Positions 10,029 to 19,684 of a stretch of 64,000 nucleotides of DNA are shown piece by piece. The position numbers were made by a program, and so were the translations under genes. The DNA is taken from NCBI GenBank assembly GCA_037127815.1, contig JBAXXP010000001.1:104174-168173 (forward strand), given 5' to 3'. Origin of the DNA: a bacterium (lineage in GTDB: Bacteria; Patescibacteriota; Minisyncoccia; Phycocordibacterales; CAIZLB01). The notes under the pieces were generated by a model. It searched no databases and had not been told where the DNA came from. It saw only the letters and a list, made by a program, of their open reading frames with translations. Each line of letters opens with the position of its first letter. Position 1 is the first letter of the stretch.

Positions 10029-10090
10029 CCTGAATTCTGTTTCGGTCTTTTGACCATCGTCAGACAAGATACACATCTTATGACAGAACC
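10029..10090 (-). ncRNA. Hammerhead ribozyme, type III (HHR2): UUCUGUC|AUAAGAU-GUGU-AUCUUGU-CUGACGA-U-GGUC-AAAA-GACC-GAA-ACAGAA
   Basis: read on minus strand: GUC cleavage triplet, 7-bp stem I with tetraloop, CUGANGA box, 4-bp stem II with AAAA loop, GAA, and 6-bp stem III ACAGAA/UUCUGU; one extra U between A9 and stem II. Confidence 0.6.
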
Positions 10091-10136
10091 CGTTCACTCA
10101 ACGGGCAGAGTTGCACAGTTTATGTGCTTTATTACG

Positions 10137-10376
10137 CTATTCACATAACATTTCGAGGTATTTATCATCAAAATTTTCTACCTCATTCCAATCTTCACCT
10201 TGTCTTTTGACAAAAATGAAGTCTTCAACCCTTAAGGTTGTATTTGAAAAGACGAAGGCACAGCCTTCCTCTAGGGTCTTAACGGTTTGGAAATAAGCCA
10301 TATAGGCAAATCCACCACCCGGGGCAAAACCCCAGCACTTAACCCATGTTACCTTTGCTTTTTGTGTGTTTTGCAT
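10137..10376 (-). CDS. Small hypothetical ORF (79 aa, MQNTQKAKVTWVKCWGFAPGGGFAY...) lying between the two hammerhead ribozymes
   Basis: ATG with AGGA 13 nt upstream on minus strand; no recognised family; coding status unproven. Confidence 0.3.
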   Translation of the reverse strand: MQNTQKAKVTWVKCWGFAPGGGFAYMAYFQTVKTLEEGCAFVFSNTTLRVEDFIFVKRQGEDWNEVENFDDKYLEMLCE

Positions 10377-10439
10377 AGTTATAAACGTCCTAACTTTAGA
10401 GATTAAGGCACTCGTAGCTACACAAAACGTTAAAAAGAA

Positions 10440-10494
10440 CCACTGTTTCGCTTTTTTAAGCTCATCAGTCGAAGTACGCACTTCGAGACAGAGG
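10440..10494 (-). ncRNA. Hammerhead ribozyme, type III (HHR1): CCUCUGUC|UCGAAGU-GCGU-ACUUCGA-CUGAUGA-GCUU-AAAA-AAGC-GAA-ACAGUGG
   Basis: read on minus strand: perfect catalytic core CUGAUGA...GAAA, GUC cleavage site, 7-bp stem I with GCGU loop, 4-bp stem II (G10.1-C11.1) with AAAA loop, stem III formed by flanks. Confidence 0.75.
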
Positions 10495-11384
10495 ACGGAT
10501 AGAACGTCTATCCGTGATTTACTACAAGTACTCTATCGAGCAGTTGTAATTTCTGTTCAAAAGGTAGTTTTCTCTACCTCGGCTTTTCATCTCGCGATAA
10601 AAGCAGAACTCAAAGCAATTATTTGCTTTGAACGTACTCGCGATAATCCGCAAGGGACATCACGAGCCCGTCAACGACGACGTAGGTCATGGTTTATACT
10701 TTTTGAAATGTTCATTGCTATTAACACACTGTATTTTGGCTAATATTTATTAATTCTATTTAAGGACTCAAAATCAGCTCGATTTTGGATTAAATTAACA
10801 GTGTTTACTTATCTGTGTTGTAGTATAGCCATGTTCATATTTTTGTCAAGATGTTTTGACACTTTGTTTTTATTTTGTCATTTGTACCCTTTTATATAGC
10901 CATATTTAATCAATATAAAAGTAAATTGATAACAACAAAACTCTATAAAGGGTATACAAAATTAGAAAATATATTATATTATGTTTTTTTATATTGCCAA
11001 TCTAATTACCCAAGAATAAGGTCGTTTTAGCTTAAATCTATTAAATGTCTAAATTGCTTGACAAAAGAATCAGACATGCTACATTGTGATACGGAATTTG
11101 ACTGTACTTTCGGCTATAAAGCCGACAGATCAAAGTGTTCTAACCCAAAAGTGCAATGCCCGATTAACCCTAAAGGAAAGGTGGCTTGTCGTGAACCTAG
11201 CCGGGTTTTCACGACAGGCCTCTGAGTACTAAAAAAGGGACTTGTTTATAACTTCTGGGCATAGTAACCGCAAGCACACCATATACACCACCACCACAAT
11301 GCATGATTAATTAGAATGATTGTCCTTTTTGAAAACCCTTCATATTTGTAAACCTCCCCACCAAGGTAGTTCACAAACAAAAAA

Positions 11385-11412
11385 AGCTCGGTTCCTACCC
11401 AGGAACCGAGCT
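11385..11412 (-). terminator. Rho-independent terminator after TrmB-like gene (AGCTCGGTTCC-TACCCA-GGAACCGAGCT plus T-run)
   Basis: 11-bp stem followed by TTTTTTT on minus strand, 20 nt after stop. Confidence 0.6.
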
Positions 11413-11433
11413 AATTTTTTACCTAATTTTTTC

Positions 11434-12198
11434 TTATTTACCTTCCTCTATATTTTTAAAGGCTAATTCAAACAAAGAGGTTAGGGTTTCCGCAAAATCC
11501 TTATTATAAACAATCATTCCACCCAATTTTGATCCCAAAGTAGCTATTCTTACCTTATTGTTGTAAATACTAATATCGCAACTTAAAGGATACTTTTTAC
11601 CATCTACGAACAACCTATTCCCCAAGTTAGCACTTCTGTCAATTTCCCCTTTTGAATACGTATATATTGATTTACCGGAAATTTTCTTATCTACCCTTAT
11701 TTTACGGAATCTATTACTATCGGCCTCTGAAAACAGACTTTCTATTAAATCCTTTGGATAAATCATATACATAGTGCCGCCTTTGTCATCTTTTGATTGG
11801 AAAAGCTCCTCAGTCATACTTATAACGCCCTCTTTTCCTTCAAAAAATTTAACTACAGGCTTTTCAGCATCCTCTCTGTAAATACTCTTAAGTTGTGGAA
11901 CTATATCCTTAAGTCTTTTACTTTGTTCATCCAGCTGTATTTTACGTCTTTCAATATAAGTCTCCAGTCTTTCTGGTGGTTCAGCTTGGTATCTAACCTT
12001 TTTATCAACTAAAACTTCAAATATTAGCCCTTTATTTGAAAGCGATTCAAGTACTGGATAGATAGTTGTACGATTAATTTTAGTCTTCTCAGCTAAATCA
12101 AGTACAGAATCATTGTCTACCTCCAAAAGAGACAGGTAAACCTTTGCCTCTTTCTCTGATAAACCTAAATCTTCAAGATATTTTTCAAACATAAGCAT
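11434..12198 (-). CDS. TrmB-family transcriptional regulator (N-terminal winged HTH plus TrmB C-terminal domain)
   Basis: MLMFEKYLEDLGLSEKEAKVYLSLLE...TTIYPVLESLSNKGLI wHTH; ORF runs to 12282 but overlaps upstream gene, so start at 12192/12198 preferred. Confidence 0.7.
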   Translation of the reverse strand: MLMFEKYLEDLGLSEKEAKVYLSLLEVDNDSVLDLAEKTKINRTTIYPVLESLSNKGLIFEVLVDKKVRYQAEPPERLETYIERRKIQLDEQSKRLKDIVPQLKSIYREDAEKPVVKFFEGKEGVISMTEELFQSKDDKGGTMYMIYPKDLIESLFSEADSNRFRKIRVDKKISGKSIYTYSKGEIDRSANLGNRLFVDGKKYPLSCDISIYNNKVRIATLGSKLGGMIVYNKDFAETLTSLFELAFKNIEEGK

Positions 12199-12271
12199 AT
12201 TATACCATAGAATATTTAAATTTCGTTTTAATAGACAATTTTTGGTTTTAAATTGTACTGCAAATGTAGGA

Positions 12272-13354
12272 TTATTTACCAAATATTCCAGATAATAGAT
12301 TGTTTACACCTTGCCAGATTGAAGCAAATAACCCAAAATTAGACAACTGAGATACCTTAGTACTAATTTTAACAACACCGGTACTTGTTGCGTTAAACTT
12401 AGGATTGTTTGTATCCGTAATTACAATTTTGTAAGGTTTATCATACTGAACAGCCTGACCAACAATATCCCAGGTTACACTTGCTTTTCCTCCACCTAAA
12501 TTGGAACCAGCTGTTACTGAGCCTAAAATACTAGTTCCAACCCATCCAAAAGGAACTAACCCAATACTCACAGAATCAGTAGAAGATAAATTATTAGACG
12601 TCCAAACAATATCTTTTGTTACAACTGTTGTTTTTGTCTTAATATAGACCTTCAGATTAGGGTTACTAGTTGTTGTAGTAAAAGGTACCCAAGTCTCATC
12701 AACACTCAGAGATAATAAAGACAATGAACAAGGCAAGGAGATAGTAAGAGGAAATTGATTAGTAGTTTTTCCAGTATACAGAGCTCTTGCTTGAACCTTA
12801 GCTACTTGCCCTATTTCGTAATTATTACACAGAATATAGTTCGGAACTGTCAAAATTTCTGTAGTTGAAGCAGCGTTAATTTGCTTAATTAAAACACTAT
12901 CGATATACAAAGACCAACTATTAACCTTTGAATTTGGGATATATAGATTACCGATTTTAAACGAATGATTACCTGGGTTGCTCTCAGTATCCACAGAATA
13001 TATGTAAGGAGATGTTGTTGCAAGAACAATAGTTGAGGTAGCTACTGTTGAGCTTGCTAATTGCTTATTTAGCGTCTGAAGCTGCAGATTTAATGAGATT
13101 AGATTTTGCTGTAGTGTTGCAACAGAGACATCCGCTGAGGATAACTGGTTTTGAAGTGCTAAAATCTGTGAGTTTATTGATGAAATTTGAGTTCGAAATG
13201 AGCTAATCTGTGCAGTTGTTGATGCAATATCCTTTTTTGTTGAGTCTATCTGAGTTTGAATCTGTGCTGTTGTTGCTGCGTTTGTAATGAAGGGTGACAC
13301 CAGCATGGAAACGCCTATCAGCGATAGTGCAACCAAATATATTTTTATTTTCAT
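12272..13354 (-). CDS. Secreted hypothetical protein (signal peptide, Q/S/T-rich coiled-coil, beta-rich C-terminal domain)
   Basis: 360 aa; N-terminal MKIKIYLVALSLIGVSMLVSPFITNA signal-like; no family recognised. Confidence 0.6.
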   Translation of the reverse strand: MKIKIYLVALSLIGVSMLVSPFITNAATTAQIQTQIDSTKKDIASTTAQISSFRTQISSINSQILALQNQLSSADVSVATLQQNLISLNLQLQTLNKQLASSTVATSTIVLATTSPYIYSVDTESNPGNHSFKIGNLYIPNSKVNSWSLYIDSVLIKQINAASTTEILTVPNYILCNNYEIGQVAKVQARALYTGKTTNQFPLTISLPCSLSLLSLSVDETWVPFTTTTSNPNLKVYIKTKTTVVTKDIVWTSNNLSSTDSVSIGLVPFGWVGTSILGSVTAGSNLGGGKASVTWDIVGQAVQYDKPYKIVITDTNNPKFNATSTGVVKISTKVSQLSNFGLFASIWQGVNNLLSGIFGK

Positions 13355-13373
13355 AAGTTATATTATACAACAA

Positions 13374-13412
13374 AAAAACAACCCCTAGTTTGAGGAGTTG
13401 TTTTTTTTGTGG
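13374..13412 (-). terminator. Rho-independent terminator after fusA
   Basis: minus-strand AACAACTCC-loop-GGGGTTGTT stem followed by TTTTTT. Confidence 0.55.
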
Positions 13413-13427
13413 ATAAGTTTTATCAGA

Positions 13428-15581
13428 TTATTTTCTTGCCTCAACGATAGCCTTCTCAACGTTAGCTGGAACTGTATCGTAGTGATCAAATTCCATTGAA
13501 ACTGAACCTCTTCCCTGTGTCATTGATCTAATATCTGTTGTATAACCGAACATTTCAGATAGAGGAACCATGGCTCTAATAACTCTAATTCCACCTGGTC
13601 TATCATCCATTCCTTCAATTTGACCTCTCTTTGATGAAAGTGAACCGGTAACGTCTCCCATGAATTGTTCTGGTGTTAGAGCTTCAACCTTCATTATAGG
13701 TTCAAGAATAACAGGTCTTGCGCGTCTTGCTCCCTCTTGGAAAGCTTGAGAAGCTGCAATCTTGTAAGCGATTTCTGATGAGTCAACATCATGGTATGAA
13801 CCAAATGTTAATTCACAAGATACATTTGTTAGAGGGAAACCAGCAACAATACCTCTTTCCATAGCTTCCTTAACTCCCTTTTCAACTGCTGGAATGAATT
13901 CTGTTGGAATAACACCTCCCTTAATTGAGTCAATAAACTCAAAGTCAGCTGTTCTATGAACGTTTTTAGGAATTTTAGCTCCTTCCTCAAGTGGCTCTAG
14001 GTGCTTAATTGTCATTCTAACGTGTCCATATTGCCCCTTACCTCCAGATTGCTTAACATATTTATGTTCAGCTTCTGCACTTCCTAGAATTGTCTCTCTG
14101 TATGCAACCTGAGGAGCACCAACATTAGCCTCAACACCAAACTCTCTCTTCATTCTATCAACCATAATTTCAAGGTGTAGTTCACCCATTCCAGAAATAA
14201 CAGTATCTCCAGTTTCTGTGTTTGATGTAACTCTAAAAGTTGGATCTTCATCACCTAATTTCTTAAGTGCAACACCCATTTTCTCTTGATCAGCCTTTGT
14301 TTTAGGCTCGATTCTAAGTGAAACAACAGGTTCTGCAAATTTAATAGGGTCAAGAATGATTGGGTGATTTTCATCACAGAAAGTATGAGATGTCTTTGCT
14401 TCCTTAAGACCAACAGCCGCAACGATTTCTCCTGCAAAAACTTTCTTAACATCCTCTCTTTTATTTGCCTGAAGTCTAACGATACGCCCAAGTCTCTCCT
14501 TATTTCCTGTTGTTGAGTTGTAAATATATGAACCAGCTTCAATTGTTCCTGAATAAACACGGAAGAATGTAAGTTGTCCAACAAACGGGTCAGTTTGTAG
14601 CTTGAAAGCAAGAGCAGAAAAAGGCTCTTCATCTGAAGCGTGTCTTTCAATTACATCTCCTGTTTCTGGATCGAGACCTTTTATAGCAGGAATATCTAAT
14701 GGAGATGGAAGGTAATCGATAACAGCATCCAAAACTAGTTGAACACCCTTATTTTTAAGAGCAGAACCTGTGAAAACTGGGAATACCTTGTTCTCAATAA
14801 CTCCTTTTCTAAGAGAAGCCTTAAGCTCATCTATTGTAAACACAGCGTCATCACCTTGTTCTAGATATCTGTTCATCAACTCTTCATCAAATTCAACACA
14901 CTTCTCTACAAGCTCTTGTCTTCTCAGCTTTGACTCATCAAGCATGTCAGCAGGAATTTCTTCTTCTGTAACAGTACTTCCCATATCTCCTGTAAATGTG
15001 TATGACTTCATCTTAAGAAGGTCAATTACTCCAGACAGATTCTCTTCTTCTCCGATTGGAAGTTGCATTCTTATTGCATTCTTATTTAGTCTATCCAAAA
15101 TTGATTGATATGATCTCTCAAATGATGCACCCATTCTATCTAGCTTATTAATAAAACATATACGTGGAACGTGATATTTATCAGCTTGTCTCCAAACTGT
15201 CTCAGATTGAGCTTCAACACCAGCAACCCCATCAAATACTACAACTCCACCATCAAGAACCTTTAGAGAACGTTCAACTTCAACTGTGAAGTCTACGTGA
15301 CCTGGTGTGTCAATAATGTTGAAACGGTGCATCTTAGAAAGATCCTTACCCATGTAAACTGGATTCCAGAAACAAGTAATAGCAGCTGCAGTAATTGTAA
15401 TACCACGCTCTTTTTCTTGTTCCATCCAGTCTGTTACAGCTTCACCTTCATGAACCTCTCCAATTTTATGGCTCATTCCTGTGTAATAAAGAACACGTTC
15501 TGATGTTGTTGTCTTTCCAGCATCAATGTGGGCGATAATACCGAAGTTTCTAATTTTCTCTAATGGGTAATCACGTTGCAT
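13428..15581 (-). CDS. fusA: Elongation factor G
   Basis: 717 aa; [21 protein letters not shown] motifs and EF-G domains IV/V. Confidence 0.98.
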   Translation of the reverse strand: MQRDYPLEKIRNFGIIAHIDAGKTTTSERVLYYTGMSHKIGEVHEGEAVTDWMEQEKERGITITAAAITCFWNPVYMGKDLSKMHRFNIIDTPGHVDFTVEVERSLKVLDGGVVVFDGVAGVEAQSETVWRQADKYHVPRICFINKLDRMGASFERSYQSILDRLNKNAIRMQLPIGEEENLSGVIDLLKMKSYTFTGDMGSTVTEEEIPADMLDESKLRRQELVEKCVEFDEELMNRYLEQGDDAVFTIDELKASLRKGVIENKVFPVFTGSALKNKGVQLVLDAVIDYLPSPLDIPAIKGLDPETGDVIERHASDEEPFSALAFKLQTDPFVGQLTFFRVYSGTIEAGSYIYNSTTGNKERLGRIVRLQANKREDVKKVFAGEIVAAVGLKEAKTSHTFCDENHPIILDPIKFAEPVVSLRIEPKTKADQEKMGVALKKLGDEDPTFRVTSNTETGDTVISGMGELHLEIMVDRMKREFGVEANVGAPQVAYRETILGSAEAEHKYVKQSGGKGQYGHVRMTIKHLEPLEEGAKIPKNVHRTADFEFIDSIKGGVIPTEFIPAVEKGVKEAMERGIVAGFPLTNVSCELTFGSYHDVDSSEIAYKIAASQAFQEGARRARPVILEPIMKVEALTPEQFMGDVTGSLSSKRGQIEGMDDRPGGIRVIRAMVPLSEMFGYTTDIRSMTQGRGSVSMEFDHYDTVPANVEKAIVEARK

Positions 15582-15629
15582 ATATTAATTTAAATTTATT
15601 TATTTGTAAGTTATTTTACCATAAAACAA

Positions 15630-15660
15630 TAAACCCCGCAGGTGTTATTGAGGGGTTTAT
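15630..15660 (-). terminator. Hairpin (AAACCCC-loop-GGGGTTT) with T-run after rpsG
   Basis: inverted repeat 10 nt downstream of rpsG stop. Confidence 0.5.
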
Positions 15661-15670
15661 TGTTACCAAA

Positions 15671-16141
15671 CTACCAAGCGAAGTGAGCAAACGCCTTGTT
15701 AGCATCAGCCATCTTGTGTGTATTCTCCTTCTTTCTTACTGCCTCTCCTTCATTCTTTGAAGCTGCAATAATTTCATCTGCTAATTTAAGGTGTATAGGC
15801 TTTCCCTTCTTTGCGCGAGCTGCATCAATAATCCATTTCATAGATAGGAAAGTTCTTCTTTCTTGTCTAACCTCTCTAGGAACTTGATAGTTTGCACCTC
15901 CAACTCTTCTTGATCTAACTTCAACCATAGGAGCTGTGTTTTTAAGAGCTGTCTCAAAAACTTCCATTGGGTTTTCTGTCTTCAATGTTTCCATTATTGC
16001 ATCAAAAGTACCATAGATGATCTTTGTTGCAGTTTCCTTCTTACCACTCCACATTATGTAGTTGATAAACTTTGCGACAACATCTGACTTATATTTCGTA
16101 TCCGGTTTAATCGTAAACTTCTTTTTTAATTTTCTTCGCAT
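15671..16141 (-). CDS. rpsG: 30S ribosomal protein S7
   Basis: 156 aa; S7 conserved core, str operon order. Confidence 0.95.
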   Translation of the reverse strand: MRRKLKKKFTIKPDTKYKSDVVAKFINYIMWSGKKETATKIIYGTFDAIMETLKTENPMEVFETALKNTAPMVEVRSRRVGGANYQVPREVRQERRTFLSMKWIIDAARAKKGKPIHLKLADEIIAASKNEGEAVRKKENTHKMADANKAFAHFAW

Positions 16142-16270
16142 TGTTCTGTAATTAACGTAATTTTAATAATTTTATTGATAATACGCGGTTCATAGATTTT
16201 ATTCAGTACCTCAACAGCTTTGTTAAAGACTTACTCTACGAACCATTTTGTACATTTTTAGTACAGCAGC

Positions 16271-16687
16271 TTATTTGGCTGCTTTTGGGCGTTTTGCGCC
16301 GTAAGCTGAACGTTGTTTTCTACGCTTTTCAACACCTGCACAGTCTAACTTTCCTCTTACTACAGTATATCTAATACCAACGTCCTTAACGCGACCACCT
16401 CTTAGAAGAACAACGGAGTGCTCTTGTAGGTTGTGACCCATTCCAGGAATGTAGGCAGTAACTTCTATACCATTTGTAAGACGAACTCTTGCAATCTTTC
16501 TGATAGCAGAGTTAGGCTTCTTAGGTGTTTTGGTTGTAACTTTTGTGCAAACTCCTCTTTTGAAAGGTGAGTTATAGAACACTGGTCTATTTTGCTGTGT
16601 GTTAAAACCGCGAGTAAGGGCAATAGCCTTACTCTTCTTGCGAGTTTTTGAACGATTCTTCTTAACTAATTGGTTTAAAGTGGGCAT
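16271..16687 (-). CDS. rpsL: 30S ribosomal protein S12
   Basis: 138 aa; [10 protein letters not shown] and [14 protein letters not shown]-like motifs. Confidence 0.96.
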   Translation of the reverse strand: MPTLNQLVKKNRSKTRKKSKAIALTRGFNTQQNRPVFYNSPFKRGVCTKVTTKTPKKPNSAIRKIARVRLTNGIEVTAYIPGMGHNLQEHSVVLLRGGRVKDVGIRYTVVRGKLDCAGVEKRRKQRSAYGAKRPKAAK

Positions 16688-16792
16688 GCTTAAATTTACG
16701 AGTGTATATAAAATACACTAGTTGTCATAGACTACTATACATAGGCATTGAATGCAAGCCTGTTTTAGGGTCAAATGAACAGTGTAGATGAG

Positions 16793-17413
16793 TTAAATCA
16801 TTCTAAGACCTGAAATAGCATAAGCTATAAAATAAACTACGGGGATAATCAATTGCCATAGGAAGAATACGAACAATAAACTAAATAGAAGACCGTATCT
16901 CTCAAGGGTGTGCATTATGTATCTTGCCTTTTGTGGTAAAATTGCTGATAAGATACGAGATCCATCAAGTGGTGGTATAGGTACTAGGTTAAATGTAGCT
17001 AGAACTAGGTTTGTTAACACTATTATCTCCAAAGCTACTATTGCAGGCCCTGGTAGTCCTAATCCAAAAAACCTTATTGTTAGCCCTGCAATTACAGCAA
17101 GCACTATATTTGACAATGGTCCCGCAAAAGCAACCAGTGCTTCACCTTTTTTTCCTGATTTTAAGGCGTTAAAATTAACAGGTACTGGTTTTGCCCAACC
17201 AAGAATGATTCCGCCGGGTAATATGGCGCAAAGTAAGGGTAATATTATAGAGCCAAATGGATCTATATGCTTAATTGGGTTCAAAGTAAGCCTTCCCATT
17301 ATCTTGGCTGTTTGATCTCCCTGACTTAATGCTGCTAATCCATGGGATACTTCATGAATTACTACTGAAAATACTAGTATCGCTATTGAAATTATTATTG
17401 TTGCTATGTCCAT
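16793..17413 (-). CDS. Site-2 protease family (M50) membrane zinc metalloprotease
   Basis: 206 aa, multi-TM, HEVSHG zinc motif and downstream LDG motif. Confidence 0.8.
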   Translation of the reverse strand: MDIATIIISIAILVFSVVIHEVSHGLAALSQGDQTAKIMGRLTLNPIKHIDPFGSIILPLLCAILPGGIILGWAKPVPVNFNALKSGKKGEALVAFAGPLSNIVLAVIAGLTIRFFGLGLPGPAIVALEIIVLTNLVLATFNLVPIPPLDGSRILSAILPQKARYIMHTLERYGLLFSLLFVFFLWQLIIPVVYFIAYAISGLRMI

Positions 17414-17439
17414 AGAACTATGATAACATGCCTACACAT

Positions 17440-17682
17440 ATGGCAAAAGTCTGCGCAATAACAAAAAGAAGTTCATTGAATGGCGGCGGGTATTCAAACC
17501 GTACTCGTGCTACTCAATTCAACTCAACAGGGCTAAGACGTAGATACGCAAATCTTCAAAAGAAGCGTATTTATGTTCCTGAACTTAAACAAACATTAGT
17601 ACTTACAATCTCAACTAGAGCTATTAAGACAATACAAAAGAACGGAGCTTTCGCTACACTTAAGAAAGCGGGAATCATTTAA
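17440..17682 (+). CDS. rpmB: 50S ribosomal protein L28
   Basis: MAKVCAITKRSSLNGGGYSNRTRATQFNS...; ORF begins 17428 but MAKVC is the usual start. Confidence 0.85.
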   Translation: MAKVCAITKRSSLNGGGYSNRTRATQFNSTGLRRRYANLQKKRIYVPELKQTLVLTISTRAIKTIQKNGAFATLKKAGII

Positions 17683-17729
17683 TTAGTTAGTAGGGATTGG
17701 GTAATAAAGTTACAGACACAACAAAGTAA

Positions 17730-18944
17730 CTATTCATTAAAATACACCGTACCAGAAATGGTTCGGTGTATTTTTATTTCTACACCCTTTCTTAATGGTT
17801 CATACGAGAGTCCGTCTATCAAACTTTTGGAAGCAAAAATATCCAGTACCTCTTGATGTGGGTGTCCGTATCTATTATCTATTCCGTACGACAAGACAGC
17901 ATCAGTTGGGTAAAATTTCTTAATGAAATCTTGTGCTGATGAAGTCTTTGATCCATGATGTCCAACTTTTAAAATTATCCTACTGAACTCATTTCTTAAA
18001 AACATCTCACCTGTTATAGATGTAAAATTTGGGAACCACTCAGGAAAGTGCGTTGCTGATTCCGACTTCACCAAGGCTGTAGTTTTATAAACAGAAACAT
18101 TAGGCAGAGCTGAAGCTAAAACTTTTTCAATCTTTTGTGGAGCATCTGCTGTAGCTAGGATTAAATCTTTATTTTTTATTAGAGTAACAACAGAAAATAA
18201 GTTATCTTCTTTGACCTCCGTTTTATTCAAAAAAGTAGTCATACCAGAAAATGATGGGGATAAGAAATATACACCTTCGCTCTTGGAGAAGATTATATTT
18301 TCTCCAGCAAATACTGGTAGCGTATAATTTGTAGACTTGTTGATAATAAGATCCTTAGAATTATTATTGTTGTTGTTGCCATTATTATTGGAATATCTTT
18401 TATTTTTAATAATATTGATTATTTTTTCAGAAGTAGATCTGGCTTCATAAATTGGAGAATACAAAATTAACCCAACCTTATACGAAGCAAGGATGTTGTC
18501 TATTTCTCCAACATGATCAGAATCAGGGTGAGTCAAAATAATCACGTCAATTTTTCTTCTATATTTTCCGAGTATTTTTTGTAGCTTCTCAACTATTCCA
18601 CAGCCTGGTTTACCAGTATCGATTAGCACCGTTTGGTTTTGTTTAGTTATGTAAAGTAGAGAGTCGCCTTGTCCTACATCAATAACATAGGAACCTTGAA
18701 AATTACTTGCATCATCAATATTACTCTGGCTACTGACCCAACTCTTATTTTCCTTGAGTATGGAGATATAGAAATTTCCCGATGTTACAAGAATAATTAA
18801 AATTGCCAAAACTAAAATCGACACAATTTTACTGTGGTACAATAGACGCACACCCACTCTATAGAAGGTGTCGATTTGATACAGAAACAATAGCCCTATA
18901 TTCTGTAGAATCAATTTTAAATAATTATTATATAAATTGTACAT
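17730..18944 (-). CDS. ComEC/Rec2-type metallo-beta-lactamase domain protein (stand-alone C-terminal module of ComEC)
   Basis: N-terminal TM, DVGQGDS...LIDTG...ILTHPDSDHVGE...KVGHHGS...YGHPHQEVL MBL motifs; poly-Asn low-complexity insert. Confidence 0.75.
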   Translation of the reverse strand: MYNLYNNYLKLILQNIGLLFLYQIDTFYRVGVRLLYHSKIVSILVLAILIILVTSGNFYISILKENKSWVSSQSNIDDASNFQGSYVIDVGQGDSLLYITKQNQTVLIDTGKPGCGIVEKLQKILGKYRRKIDVIILTHPDSDHVGEIDNILASYKVGLILYSPIYEARSTSEKIINIIKNKRYSNNNGNNNNNNSKDLIINKSTNYTLPVFAGENIIFSKSEGVYFLSPSFSGMTTFLNKTEVKEDNLFSVVTLIKNKDLILATADAPQKIEKVLASALPNVSVYKTTALVKSESATHFPEWFPNFTSITGEMFLRNEFSRIILKVGHHGSKTSSAQDFIKKFYPTDAVLSYGIDNRYGHPHQEVLDIFASKSLIDGLSYEPLRKGVEIKIHRTISGTVYFNE

Positions 18945-18955
18945 AAACTAAAAAC

Positions 18956-19555
18956 ATGACTTTCATTGAAAAAAAATTTATTATTCCGGAACTTGAAGGT
19001 ATAAGCTCAAAGACAATTGAAGAGCATTTAAAGCTTTACTCAGGGTACGTTAAAGGTGCAAATCTTATACAAGAAAGGATCACAGGACTTCGTAGTTCTA
19101 GTGAGGAAATTACAAATAATACTTATTTGATCTCTGAACTGCAAAGGAGGTTCTCTTTTGAATTTGATGGAATGAGAAACCATGAATACTACTTTGAGCA
19201 ATTTGAAGGAGGTCCAAAGATTATAGATGAGCAAAGTGCGCTAGCTGAAAAAATCAAAGAGACATGGATATCTGTTGAACTATGGCTTGCGAGATTTAAA
19301 GAAATAGCAATGACAAGAGGTATCGGATGGGCTGTCCTTTATTTTGATAAAAAGACAAACACCTTAGAACAATCATGGGTGGAAGAACAGCATCTAGGAC
19401 ATCTTGTTGGAACAAATGTAATCCTTGCGTTAGACATGTGGGAGCATTCATATATGCTAGATTATGTACCAAATGAAAAGAAAAAATATGTAGATGCATT
19501 CTTTCAAAACCTGAACTACTCTGTTGTTGAGAAACGGTTCACAGAAGTGGTGTAG
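18956..19555 (+). CDS. sodA: Fe/Mn superoxide dismutase
   Basis: 199 aa; GIGWAVLYFD and LALDMWEHSYMLDY (D..H ligands), NHEYYF motif. Confidence 0.85.
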   Translation: MTFIEKKFIIPELEGISSKTIEEHLKLYSGYVKGANLIQERITGLRSSSEEITNNTYLISELQRRFSFEFDGMRNHEYYFEQFEGGPKIIDEQSALAEKIKETWISVELWLARFKEIAMTRGIGWAVLYFDKKTNTLEQSWVEEQHLGHLVGTNVILALDMWEHSYMLDYVPNEKKKYVDAFFQNLNYSVVEKRFTEVV

Positions 19556-19684
19556 ATTTAGAAACACGAATCCTCACCTAGGTAATAAAGTGAATATTTA
19601 CCCCTCCCCACCTGCGATATAGAAAAACAATATTATGTTTCATCCATCAATTTTGATGGATGTTTTTATTTTTCTCTAATACTT

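Noticed and set aside
10137-10481. 114-aa minus-strand ORF from the track (MRTSTDELKK...)
   Set aside because: Its N-terminal third is the translation of hammerhead ribozyme 1 (TSTDELKKAKQ is the CUGAUGAGCUUAAAAAAGCGAAAC region). Only the internal ATG-initiated 79-aa part (10137..10376) is retained as a low-confidence ORF.
10366-10743. 125-aa plus-strand ORF in the fusA-tuf spacer
   Set aside because: It is antisense to the ribozyme and structured-RNA region. It has an Arg-rich low-complexity composition, no ribosome-binding site and no homology signal, so it is probably spurious.
9742-11433. Searched the 1.7-kb spacer for tmRNA, RNase P RNA, SRP RNA or tRNA
   Set aside because: No tRNA-like T-arm/acceptor end (GGTTCGA...CCA), no RNase P P4 strands (GGAAAGTCCGG / ACAGAACCCGGCTTA), and no SRP domain IV motif were found. 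Only the two hammerheads could be supported.
11434-12282. Upstream 30 codons of the TrmB-like ORF (MVNNPTFAVQF...)
   Set aside because: This extension would overlap the upstream secreted-protein gene by 11 nt and lacks homology. The internal start MLMFEKYL (12198/12192) gives a canonical wHTH N-terminus.
18330-18380. AAT/ATT-rich tract encoding a poly-Asn run in the ComEC MBL gene
   Set aside because: It is a low-complexity coding insertion, not a tandem-repeat element or CRISPR-like array.
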